Source: Hemiscyllium ocellatum (lineage: Eukaryota). From it: a DNA stretch of 64,000 bases. Where the stretch lies: positions 13,019,259 to 13,083,258 of the forward strand of contig NC_083409.1 of assembly GCF_020745735.1 (NCBI RefSeq), written 5' to 3'. Positions within the stretch are counted from its first letter, which is position 1. Each line of letters begins with the position of its first letter. Below the pieces are notes generated by a model. The model was given only the letters and a program-made list of their open reading frames with translations. It did no database searches and was not told the DNA's origin. Shown here piece after piece: positions 28,201 through 40,200 of the stretch. The position numbers and the translations under genes are program-made.

Positions 28201-31200
28201 TCTTATCGCATACATTTATTGTCCAATTCTTTCATGTGATCATTGATTTTACAAACAATTTCTAAAATTCTTTAAATCCTGAAGAAATGTGACGCTAGCC
28301 CTTTGTAGAAGTGAATGGAAAGTGTGATACTTGCTTGACCTTTGTCTCTATGGATCAGACCTAACCGAACCTTTAGCAAGGTGTGGGATGTGTCCCACAA
28401 ACATTTTTTAAAAAGCAAAGATTATTCTCTGAGATTTAAGTGTTCAATTAGGTATGATCAAAAAACTTCGTAAAAATTGAGAGTTTGTTTTCAGCTCCTT
28501 TAAAGAGACATGCTCTAGGCCGACAATTTTGTGACATGTGGTCATTCTTTGATAAAGGTGACTGTGTCCAACACCAAAGGATTTTGTGCAGAAGTGTCTA
28601 ATTGGCTGGGTGAGCTTTATTACTGGTGTAACTTGGCTCATTTTGGGATGGAATGCTACTTTGAATTAAATCGTGTTTTTAAACTGAGGTGACTTTCTCT
28701 AACTCAAGTGTGGAAACTACGCTCAAGTTTACGCTTTTGTTTCACTTTTGCAGATGAGTATTTTTCCGATCTGGTTTATAAATAAAGTTCAATATTGAAA
28801 ATGCCAGCAGCATCACTGAAGAGAAAAAGACATTATATGTTTCAAGTCCAGTGACCTGTTGTCCGTTCAGACGAAGATTTGGTGAACTTAAAACATAACT
28901 TTTCTTTTTCTTCACAGATGCTGTCAGACCTGCTGAGTTTCTCCAGCACTTTGCTTCTTCGGTTCAGATGTTCAGCATCTGCAGTTCTTTGTTTTGTTAC
29001 AAATCCTAATAATTTGACTTGGGGAGTGAGAGGCAGCAACTGTGATTAACTAGGATAAAAATCCTCCACCATGGCAAAAGAACACATAATTCTTTACACT
29101 TTACAAAACACTGTACTGTAAATAGTAAATGCAGTTGAGCTAAATACAAGAAGGCATAGCACCTGACTGGTCTCAAACTTTTTCCCAAACTTTGAGGACC
29201 AGGCTATCAGAATTTTGTTTGCACGCTTCCTTTGAGATCACAGTCCACAAATGTCCCAGTACCAACCCCTGGGCCGGGCCAGGTTACCAATTGCAGTGGG
29301 GTGGGGAAATCTGTGTCAGACTGAAGTTTTATTTAAGAGCAGCATTGCAGATTAAAGTTGATGGTTTTGACTAATATTGCGTCAGCAAACTTGGAGGAAA
29401 TCCTTCTGAATGTGTTGATTAACTGCACTGAGCCTATTTACATGCAGTAGTGCTGCAATGTTCTAGGATGTGTGAAGGGGCCAAGGAGACATTGCCCTGA
29501 ATTTTGTTTGTGTTGTGAAATTATCACCCAAACAGTGTTGAATTTCAAAAGTAAGAATTATACATTTTGAGCTGCAGGTTAATGTCCAATTTTAGAAATG
29601 AATATCAGCGCTAGCTGACACTTTCTTTCGCTCTCCCCCGTCCTGCTTGCATGTCCATCAGGTTTCTCACTAAACGGGAGCAGAAACTCCAACGGCGACG
29701 GCGTGCGGAGGAGCTGCTGGAGTGGAAGCAGCGGCTCGATGCCGAGGAAGCTGCGATCCAGCAAATGGAAGAACAGGCTCAGGCTGCTTGGGACCAGCAG
29801 CTCAAAACAAACATGGTAAAGAGAGAGGCAAGCAAGAAGATTCCCGAATTGAACGGTAATGTTAGCCTCTGTTTCTTGTTTGTTTGTTTTTCTTCAAGAC
29901 AGTAATGCATTTACTGTGGTTCTGACTGCTTTCAAGTGCACTTTGGTATGGCTGATTGTCATGGCACGTGTGAGGTGATGTATTGATGTGTAAATGTCAT
30001 CAGTCTGCCTTAATGCAGAAGAAGCAAGGTGTAAACCTGGCCTTTTACTTAGCCTGTCTAATTAATTCAAGGAAATCACATTTCCCAAGCATCTGCCGTG
30101 ATGCATTTAAACAGAATAGGTCAGATGTTGGAATTATCATCTTTCTCAATGGTACCTTGAAACGATAGCTCAGTGTAGTTTCCCACTCACCCTCTCGAGG
30201 GAGAATGAAGTTTCAGATTTTAATTCCTTTCACTGCTGGTGGTTGCGTATCACTTGCAGAGTTGAGAAGCAGCAAAAGTTGTCATCAATGTGAGAGCTTG
30301 GATGTTGTTTATACAAGACTATGTGGCCACTTTGTTCACACGGAAAAATCTAATTTTCTTTGCAATATTGATAATTAATTTCATTCCTCCCCATTAGCAG
30401 CAACATGAAACTATCTCCAGGACTGCACAGAATGTTGTATCGGAGTATTTTGATGATGAGCAGATATGTCTGATAGTATCTGAGTTGGCTCAAGGTGCTT
30501 TTCATCAGTGACCTGTGCATACTTAACTTTCTCTGGTTAATTGTTTCTAACCTACTCCCCTTATGATACTGTTACATGCATCTGAAGTAAAGAATATATT
30601 GAAAGGAGGATGAAGTTGTAAGACAGTCATACTGAATTGTGCATCTCACTTTAAGCACTGTTAATCCATTGCTGTATAAATGTTCTAAGTATTGTTATTT
30701 TCTGTAGACACAGGCAGTGAGGAAGAATGTCCTGTGCCGCCTTGCTCCCAGCCCCACAGGGACAGTTCAGTTCCTGAGGAAGTTAGAATTTCACCTGCTC
30801 AGTCACTGGAATCACCATCAGCAGCCCTTCGGATGACCACCAGTCCTGACCATCCTATTTTCACGGATGGTGTTTATTCCCAGGATTTTGTTGCAACACA
30901 CAGTAAAATGGTAAAAGATGTTTTGCATTGTCTTTTTTACAAAAAACTGTTTCTAATGAGTAAAGAATGTAATATAAGGCTGCAGAAAATAGCAAATCCT
31001 TGGCTTTGCTCAAAATCAGTCCCAGGGAAACAGGAAGTGGAGAGAATGGGAAACAATATGGAGAGGGGGGTGGGAGATCTGAGGGAATGGGAGTTCTGAG
31101 AATGAATGGAAAATATAAGTGTGGGGGGAATGGGAATTCTGAGTGGGGTTGGGAAACATGGGAGTGGGATCAAATGGAAATTCTGAGAGGGAATTTGAAA

Positions 31201-34200
31201 CGGGAGTGGCAGAGAATGGGAATTCTGTGGGGGAATGAGAAATGTAATGTGGGAAAGAATAGGAATTTTGTGAAGGCATGGGAAATATGTGCGGGCTCGG
31301 TGGATTAACAATGGGAAATCCAGGTGGGGGAGGGGGCTCTGGGTGGGCTGGTCCTCAGGGGGTTGATGTGGACTTAAAAGCCCAAATGACCTGCTCCGAC
31401 ACTTTACGGAATCTCTGATTATCTGTCTCTGTCCCACCTCCGTTCTTCCACTGCAGAAACCTCGTCAATGTCTGTCTTACTTCCAGACTTGATGATTGTA
31501 TTATACTACTTGTTCTATTCCAGAAAGCTGATTGGTGAAGGATAATACCAGAACCAGTCTTTGCACCATTTAAATTAATTTATATGATTATACATTGCAG
31601 GCAAGCTATTTGTATTCCTTTAATTAAATCTTTGAGAATTTCAATTTTAATTGCTCCATTCATGGAAAAGCCTTCAGTTACTAAGACAGTGACCTCTTTA
31701 ATCCCCTCCCTGAACTTTACTTCTGTCTGTGTCACTTTCCTCCTACAAGACACTCGAACTGTATGACAGATTTCACATCTGCCCTTGGATCTCTGTGAGG
31801 CTCAGTATCATGTTTTATTCTATTTCTGTGAAGCTACTTGGTTTGTTTTATCATATGAAAGATTTGTTATCAATGCAAGTTTTTAAAGATAAAACAGGAA
31901 GAAAACAGGTAACTGTGAAATAAAGCATCTGAGCAGATTTCAAAAGTGATGACTGTGCTTAAAAAAGCCTCAACTTTCAGATGTGGAGGTATGATGGGTG
32001 GGTACATGCACTTTTTAAAAAAACATTTGACAACGTGTCATACATGAGATTAATTGGCAAGGAATTAAGGCAGGGATAGCAAACGGGATTTAAACAGATA
32101 GAACAGTGGAAATATAGAAAAGGACTTGGGGAAGTTCCAGAGTGGTTCAAGAAAGTCGTGGTTTCTGGCTTTGCTTCTGGGGGCACTTTTATTTCCGGTG
32201 TTCATTTAATAATTTGATTATGTGCTAAGAGCGTGTGGTGTTGAAATTCAAAGTATTGTAAAATAAGAAGAATGATGAGTGTTTTGGAAAAGTTAAGGAA
32301 GCTGTGAGGAGTTTTGAGAAGAAGCTTAAAAAGGAGTAGAAAGCTTTTGTTTTCACTCCATCAAGTAAATTTTGTGTTGAGTTTGAGTACTCAGTCTTAA
32401 AAAATATACTGTTAATGATCTGGATCTCACTCCATGTGGAAACCTTGACTTTCATTACATGGCTGAGAATAAATTGGAAATGAATTCCAGCCTGTGTCTG
32501 ATTTGTCAGACATATTCTGAGATATAAAACAAAGGTTGTCATTTGTCTCCTGTTTTCATGCTTTGATTTCACAGTTTATTAAAACCATGTATTGTTCATT
32601 AATGTTTTGAAATGAATTCCATCATTTTTGGTCCTGACCTTCAGTATCTAGATTGACCAAAAGTATGTGTACTTTGCAACAGGGCAGCCCAGTGCAGGAG
32701 CCCCAGTCCCGAAAAGATGTGCCCCGAAAAATCCAAGGGGAAATTAACTTTGCTTTTGCTGAAGATGCAGTCGAGATTGTGACACTGGTTCATGGAGCGG
32801 CTGAGGAGCTGTACAAATGGCAGGAACTTGGCCATGATTTGGGGGATTTGCAAATACCCCCAGACTTTGTGAATTCTAAATGGAAGGATGATGAGAGTGT
32901 CAGCAGAAGAGCTTATTGTGAGGTGAGACCCAGATTTTGCATTTGAAAACCAAATTATTTTTTCTTTGTTAAGCAAGAAACGTATGGGTTAAGAGTGCTC
33001 CATTGCAGCTCTGATTGATGATATGTATAACAGAGCATGTTAAAAACATTATCTCGATCCTGATGACTGCATTGAATTCAATTTACCATTTTACCCCTTC
33101 CCTAAAAATCCAAAGCCCCTTTCTCCTCCACTGTTTGTACTCTCCCATTATTAATTTATCATCATCATCATCATCATACTATTATCCGTTAAATCCCATC
33201 TGTCATAACTTTGCCCAGTCTGAGAATCTGTAGATTCCGTTTCTATTTACATAATATATAGTGTCCCTTCCAGCCACTCAGTGGTTTTTTTTCAAAAATT
33301 TCTCTATCGTTTCTGTCTTTCTATTGCTGTTTCCATTGGTTGATAATACAATATTTGATTATTATTCACCTTCTTAAAACTCTCTAGAATCTTGATCTAG
33401 AAGCTAGAATCACAGGTCATTCCGTAACTTTCAGATAAAGAAAGCCTGAGAAGTTGAACTTCTCAATCTGTGATCATGTCTGTACCTCTTTTCCTGATAA
33501 CATCTTGAGAATTTGCACGATGTTGAGATTCCCAAAGTTGACCAAAGTATTCTAAGATCTTATGCAGCTTAACGTGGCTGTAATTGTTTGTGTCTATGTG
33601 GCCTTTGCTCTCATCTGATTAGGATCTTACCATTTCAGGTGTAATTCCTTTTCTTATCCACACGATGTATTACTTCATCCCACTCTTAACTTCAATTCCA
33701 TCTTCCGGTAAATATTCTTCTGTAACTGTCACTGCAGTATAGTTCCATCTCTGTCCCTTCAACCCAAGTTGGAATCATTTGATTCCTTTCTCTTAAATTC
33801 CCAAGTCAAGATTGTGTTTATTACGATAACAATTAAGGACGATCTGAGTATGGGCTCCTGTGGACCCCTTCCATTCTCCACACCTTTCTTGTGTGAAATC
33901 TTTATTTTCCCCTGACCTGCATTTTCCCAACTACCTCTATTCACTTGACTGTGCTCCCCTTCATTTGAGGTGCCCCTGAGTTTTGCCTTTGGTCTTCTCA
34001 GAGGTAACTACTTGAAATACTTTCTGAAAATCCATGTCAACCCTGTACACTTTTTTCCCACTAATCTGCTCCTTTACTAATACAGCCTTGTCAAATCGCT
34101 TGCTAGTTCACAACCTGCTAATTAGAAATTCATGCTAATTGCTATTGTCTCTTTAACTGCTCGTCTTTCACTCCATGTTGTTAACTCTTAATTTACCAAC

Positions 34201-37200
34201 AAATGACACAAAACTAACTGATTGAGAAATTCCTGTTTTTCTTCTTATTGAATGAGGAGTTAGCTGCCCTCCAACCCTCTGGTCGAATTTTAGGAGGTAA
34301 TAATTGGAGCCATGATAGTTTGTTTTCTATTTACAGCATGTCCCACAGATGTCATTCATTTTGTTTCAAAGATTTGCCTCCTTTTATGTTGTGGTGCCTT
34401 CCTTAGTATTATGTAGGTAATCTTGTCTAATACATCTGCACCTAGCCTTGGTAGTTCTGCAATCCTTTTAAACCCTTTCTCTCATCTCTCTTTTGCCTTC
34501 TCTACTGGAATCAATGAAATTCTAAATTTATCCTTGATTCAGATCGTGAATCAAACAGTTGTTATTTTATATATTTTGAACAGTATTCCCTTTTATTTTC
34601 ACTGTCGTGATCTAACAAGCTTTTTTTTTGGGTGGAGAGGACGTATCTAATATAATATTTTCTTTGTTACTCTTTTACTACTTCCAGCTTATCTTTAATG
34701 TGACAAGGGAAATCTTTGCTGACATCTTTTCTGACGACCTCCATGCCAGCCCAGCCCCGTGGATGAAGCCAAGCCGAATTAGCTCTTTGTTCTTCAAACG
34801 AGCGAGGAACCCACAGAATTTAAATGAAGTGAAGGTAATAACTCCATGTAATCCTTTTTTCCTATTTGTCAGTAATAATGTGACAAATGTGATGCTGGTT
34901 GGAGTTAAAGTATGAAGATTGAGTAAGTGAGTGACTCAACTTGTAAACAGTGGTCACTATCCTGACTTGGAAATCTGTCACTGCTTCTTGGAAGTCCCTC
35001 CCTAATGAGATTGTGGGTCTAGCTCAGCACCATTTTCTCAAAGACAACCAGGAAGGGGCAATAAGGGCTGGCCAGCCAGTGACATCCACATTTCATGAAT
35101 GAAAAAAAAAATTCCTCTATGCTCATTGAGTACCAAGGAACTCCATTTTAATTCTAAACTCCTCAATGACCATTTTTTAAATGACTCAGAGGGTCTGGGC
35201 ATCGCCGGCTGGCCAGCATTTATTGACCGATCCTAGTTGCTTTTGAGAACCTGGTAAGCTATCTTTTGTAACCACTGCCGTCCATGAGCTGTAGGTAGAC
35301 CCACAATGCCCTTCAGGAGGGAATTCCCAGAATTTGATACAGCAATCCTGAAGAAACAATTATATTTTTCGAAGTCAGAATGGTGAGTGGCTTGGAGGGG
35401 AACTTGCAGGTGGCGGTCTGCTGCTCTTGTCCTTCTTGATCTAAATGGTCACAGATTTGGGAGGATCTGGCTAAAGATCTCTGAATTTCTGCAATGCATC
35501 TTGTAGTTTGTACACACTGCTGCTACTGAGTGGAGTGTGGTGGAGGGCATGGCTGCTTGCGGATGTGGTGCCAATCAAGTGGGCTCCTTTGCCTTGGATG
35601 TGGCGACCTTTATGTGTGTTACTGGAGCTGCACTCATTCAGGCAAGTGGGGCGTATTCCATCAGACTCCTGACTTGTGCTTTGTACTCGGTGGATTTGCT
35701 ATGGGGAATTAGGAAGTGAGTTATACACCCCAGTATTCCAAGCCTCTGACCTGCCCTTGTAGCCCAAAGTATTTATATAATGAGTCCAAATGAGTTTCTG
35801 GTCCATGATAACCCCCATGATGTTCATTGTGGAAGATTCAGTTATGGTAATACCATTGGTTGTCAAGGGCCATTGGTTAAATTGTCTCTTGAGTCGTAGA
35901 GATGGACAGCTCAGAAACAGACCCTTCGGTTCAACTTGTCCATACAGACCAGTTATCCGAAATAAAATCGAGTCCCATTTGCCAGCATTTGGTCCATTTC
36001 CTCTTTAACCCTTCCTATTCATATACACCACCAGATGCCTTTTAAATATCGCCATTATGCCAGCTGCCTCCACTTCCTCTGGCAACCCATTCCATGTACA
36101 CACCACCCCCTGCATGAAACAGTTACCTGTTACGTACCTTTTAAATGTTTCCCTCTCACCTCTGCCCTCTATTTTTGGCATTGCCTGCACCAGGGAAAAG
36201 ACTTGTCTATTTACCCTGTCCATACCACTCATAATTTTATAAATCTTTTCACAGCCGCCTCTCAGCCTCTGGTGCTCCAGGGAATGTAACCCCAACCAAT
36301 TCATTCTCTTCCTATACCAGAACCCCCCCACCCAGGCAACACCCTTGTAAATCTTTGCATAACCCTTTCAAGATTCACAACATCCTTCCAAGAGCAGGGA
36401 GTCCAGAATTGCACAGAATATTCTAAAAGAGGCCTGATCAGTGTCTTATTCAGCTGCAACATGACCTCCCAACTCCTGTACTCAATGCTCTGACCAATAA
36501 AGGCAAACATACCAAACACCACCTTCACTATCCTGTTTACTTGTGACTCCACTTTCAAGGAACTATGAACCTGCACTCCAAGGTCTCTTTGCTCAGCAAC
36601 ACTCCCCAGGACTTTACCATTGAGTGTATAAGTCCTGCCCTTATTTGCCTTTCCAAAATGCAGCACCTCACATTTATGTAAACTAAACTTCATCTGCCAC
36701 TCCTCAGCCCATCTGAACAAGATCCTGTTGTATTCTGAACCTTCTTCACTGTCCACTGCACCTTCAATTTTGGTGTTATCTGCAAAATTACTAACCATAC
36801 TATGTTCCATGTTCACATCCAAATCATTTATGTAATTGACGAAATGCAGTGAACCCAGCACCGATCCTTGTGGCACACCACTGGTCACAGGCCTCCTACT
36901 GGGAATGGTCATTGACTGGCAGTTTTGGTCCGAATATTATTTGCCTCTTGCCAGTCCAAACCTACATATTGTCCAGATCTTGTTGCCTTTGAACATAACT
37001 CCTCAGATATTGAAACAGTCTATGAATGGTACTGAATATTGTGCAACCATCCGCACTTCTGACCTTATGATGGAAGTAAGGTCAGGAACTGAGGATACCC
37101 ATTTTATTTTGATCCTCGAGGAAGCTCATTTTACTCCAAACTGGAGACACTCTGTAATAGCTCTGAGCGTTAGCTATGGCTCAGTGGCACTCTTCCTCAG

Positions 37201-40200
37201 TCAGCAGAGGGGATTAAGCAAACGCTGAAGTGAAGTCCTGGTGCAGTACTGAAGTATTGTTTTCAAAGTGAGGCCCCATTTTCCACCTTGGGTGAGTTTT
37301 TTAAAAAAAGATTTTTAGTGCTACTTTGAAGAGGAGTGAAGTTCTCCCTCATGGACCTGGTTAATCATGCGTCATTATGGCTAAACGTTTACCGAACCAT
37401 TTCTCTAATTTGTGGGAACTTGCTGTGTGAAAGTTTGTTGCAGCTTTTGATGATATTATAATAGTGGCTGTACTTCAAAGGTTGGGAACAACATGGTACA
37501 AGTGAGATAAGTGATATGCTGTTTTTGACAGTTTGAGGTTAAGGTGGGTGACTTGAATATTGGTTACAAAGTATTGTCCAGCACGAAGACCAAGTTCTTT
37601 ACTATTGCAACAATGCAACTTCTCTTTTCTTGTGGCACTGACATTGAAGTGTACACTGGATGACTCCTTCCAGTAGCGCAGACTTGCAACACTGCAATGT
37701 GAACTTTTACCACAGTCTAAAGTCGACATCAACCTACTCATTGTCTGACTTCCCTTTGTGCACAGTTTGTGAAGTGTTGCACTTTGCCAGGGACTGAGAA
37801 TGGGCATGTGTAAATCAGCTTTTCATCCACACAGCAAATTTGGAACTGTTCATTTCCTTTGCTTTGTCTTTATAACTCGACTCAAATGTATCTTCAGTCT
37901 GAACTGTTTCACACACCAACATTTCTGTGCATGTTACTTGCCTTTGATGGTGTTAGCCGAGAAACCTATCAAAATCTTCCTGCCTGGAGCCATGTGAGGC
38001 AGTGGTCAGTGGCTAGGTCATATAGCTTTGAAGCACTCATCTGTTAAATTGAGAATGATTTGACCATCCTGAAATGCTGGGAGCGCTGTATGAATCCATG
38101 TCAGCCCCAATATTTATTGTGAGACTTCCCACAGCGCTGATCTTCAGTTGGCTGCCTACAGTCGATTAAAGGCAGAACATTTTTGGAATTTGACGAAGCA
38201 GAGGCTTCTTCGAAGATGCTGTAGGCAAAGTGCTGAACCATGTAATGCAGTGAATAATTCATCATTTCTCAGCCGAGTTCTTAGGCAAAGGAACATTTCA
38301 AACCTTCTTTCAATTTGGGAGCATCGCATGTTACCTTAAAGTTGTATTGTATTCTGTGCTTTTGGATCTCACTAATGTTATTCATTTCAGTTATAATTAA
38401 GTTTTAAAGCATTTAGCAGATTTTTGTTTCATTGAACATGCTTTGAGTTCCATCCAATTTTACATAATTCTGAATGGGGGAAGAATCAGAAGGTCGAAGC
38501 ATCAAAGTCTTCGTTGAGCAGTTTTAGGGAAGAATAATGGATTGGGAGTGGGTTTGTCTGTGTATTTAGGGTGTGTGCAACAGCTGCCATTTCTCCTGTG
38601 CTTCTACCCACAGATCTTCATTTCTAATGAAGTTTTGAAGTTATTTGGGTTGAATGAAGAGCAACATCAGAAGACGACTTGGCAGAAGTTGAAGAAATTT
38701 GGCACCAAACAACGTGATCGGGTGGACCATATTTTGGTAGGTGCTTCAGTTTAGGAACTGTTCAGTTTTATATTGTACCATTGTATCACAATTACGAAAC
38801 CTCATTGTACATCTGAATTTTCTATTATTTTAAATGACAAAGGCTTTATCTGTCTTTGGCTGACCTGTCTGGCTATCCTGCATTTGTCCAGAAAATGCTT
38901 CAACTTTCTGACTGAATTGAAAACTTGGCCCTCACTGGAGTAATTTGCTGAAATTCATTAGTTGCCACAAAAGTTTCAAAGAAATTCAGAAGTACATTGA
39001 ATTCCTCACTCACCTAATGAAAGCAAATTACTGCAGATGCAGGAATCTGAAACCAGAAGAGAAAATGCTGGAAAATCTCAGTAGGTCTGGCAGCATCTGT
39101 AAGGAGAGAAAAGAGTCAGTTAGACTCGAAATGTCAGCTCTTTTCTCTCCTTACAGATGCTGCCAGACCTGCTGAGGTTGTCCAGCATTTTCTCTTTTAG
39201 TTCCTCACTTACCTGTCTTTTAGACCCAGTTTTACAGAAAGTACAGGTCAGGGTTCTTTGCTTAACAAGAGTTACAGTTTGTTACAAAAAAATGCAAATA
39301 ATTACCAACCACTGGCATATAACTACTAACTAAAACTAACAACCCCTCCCACATGCATTCCTCATTACACATACACAGATAGAAAAACAGGGACAAAGTG
39401 CACTGGGTGTTTTGCATAAAGAGAAAGACTGGGAACGTACTTCCATGGTACCTATTGATCGCTTTTCTTGAGATAATCCTTGTGCTGATCAGAATGCTGT
39501 TCCTTGATCTTCCTTCTCCAGATGCTTCCATTTGTTTTCAGGAGGCACAGGGTGACTAGTTCACACATGTACAAGTCTGCGACTTCAATTAATAGCCACA
39601 GCTTACAGCAAGTGCTGAAGGGAAAAGAAGCTGGTTTTCTTCAGACTTTTCACTGCGGAGACAGATCCTCAACTTGTGGAGATCTGGTGATTTCTCAATT
39701 CACTTGTATACAGCCTCGGCTGATCAGCTACCTGGGAGCCAATCTCCGTTTTTGTCCGAAGGATATTTGTCTGTGGCCTAGTGACTAGTTAGCTACTTAC
39801 TATTGACTGAAGCTCCCATTGAACACAGCCCTTGGCTGGAGCTTGTTTGAAAGTGAGTAGCACTTAGTGTGTGTCAGGGAACTTGCTACTGAAAGTGCCA
39901 GCAATCCCTGAACAATCCTTGGGTTTTAAAATTGCTTTATCCCCATTTGAGTCCAAAATCAAAAGTATAGAAAAATTAGAAGACAGTTTTTGCAGACCTT
40001 TCCAGTCCTCCCCATGTGTTGGTGTGTCACAGCACAACATGTGTCAGCAGATTGATGAGTTTAACAGGTCTGTAAGAACACCGTTATCTTCAGGCCACAC
40101 CACCACCTTGACTTGGTCAGATATCACCTTTCCTTTTATATTTACATGGTTAATCTCCTGGAATCCCTGAGCTTGCAGTGCTGTGGGAGTACCTTCAACA

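Noticed and set aside
28280-28850. Unclassified intronic sequence starting TGTGAC, possibly a solo LTR (similar doubt for 39270-39800)
   Set aside because: No second copy, TSD, PBS or PPT identifiable in the window.
29811-29821. Strong-looking internal donor atg|gtaaag in the exon at 29662
   Set aside because: It is phase 0 whereas the next exon needs phase 1; the donor after 29855 keeps the frame.
30937-31437. 166-aa minus ORF and overlapping Trp/Gly-rich plus ORFs
   Set aside because: Artefacts of the low-complexity purine tract.
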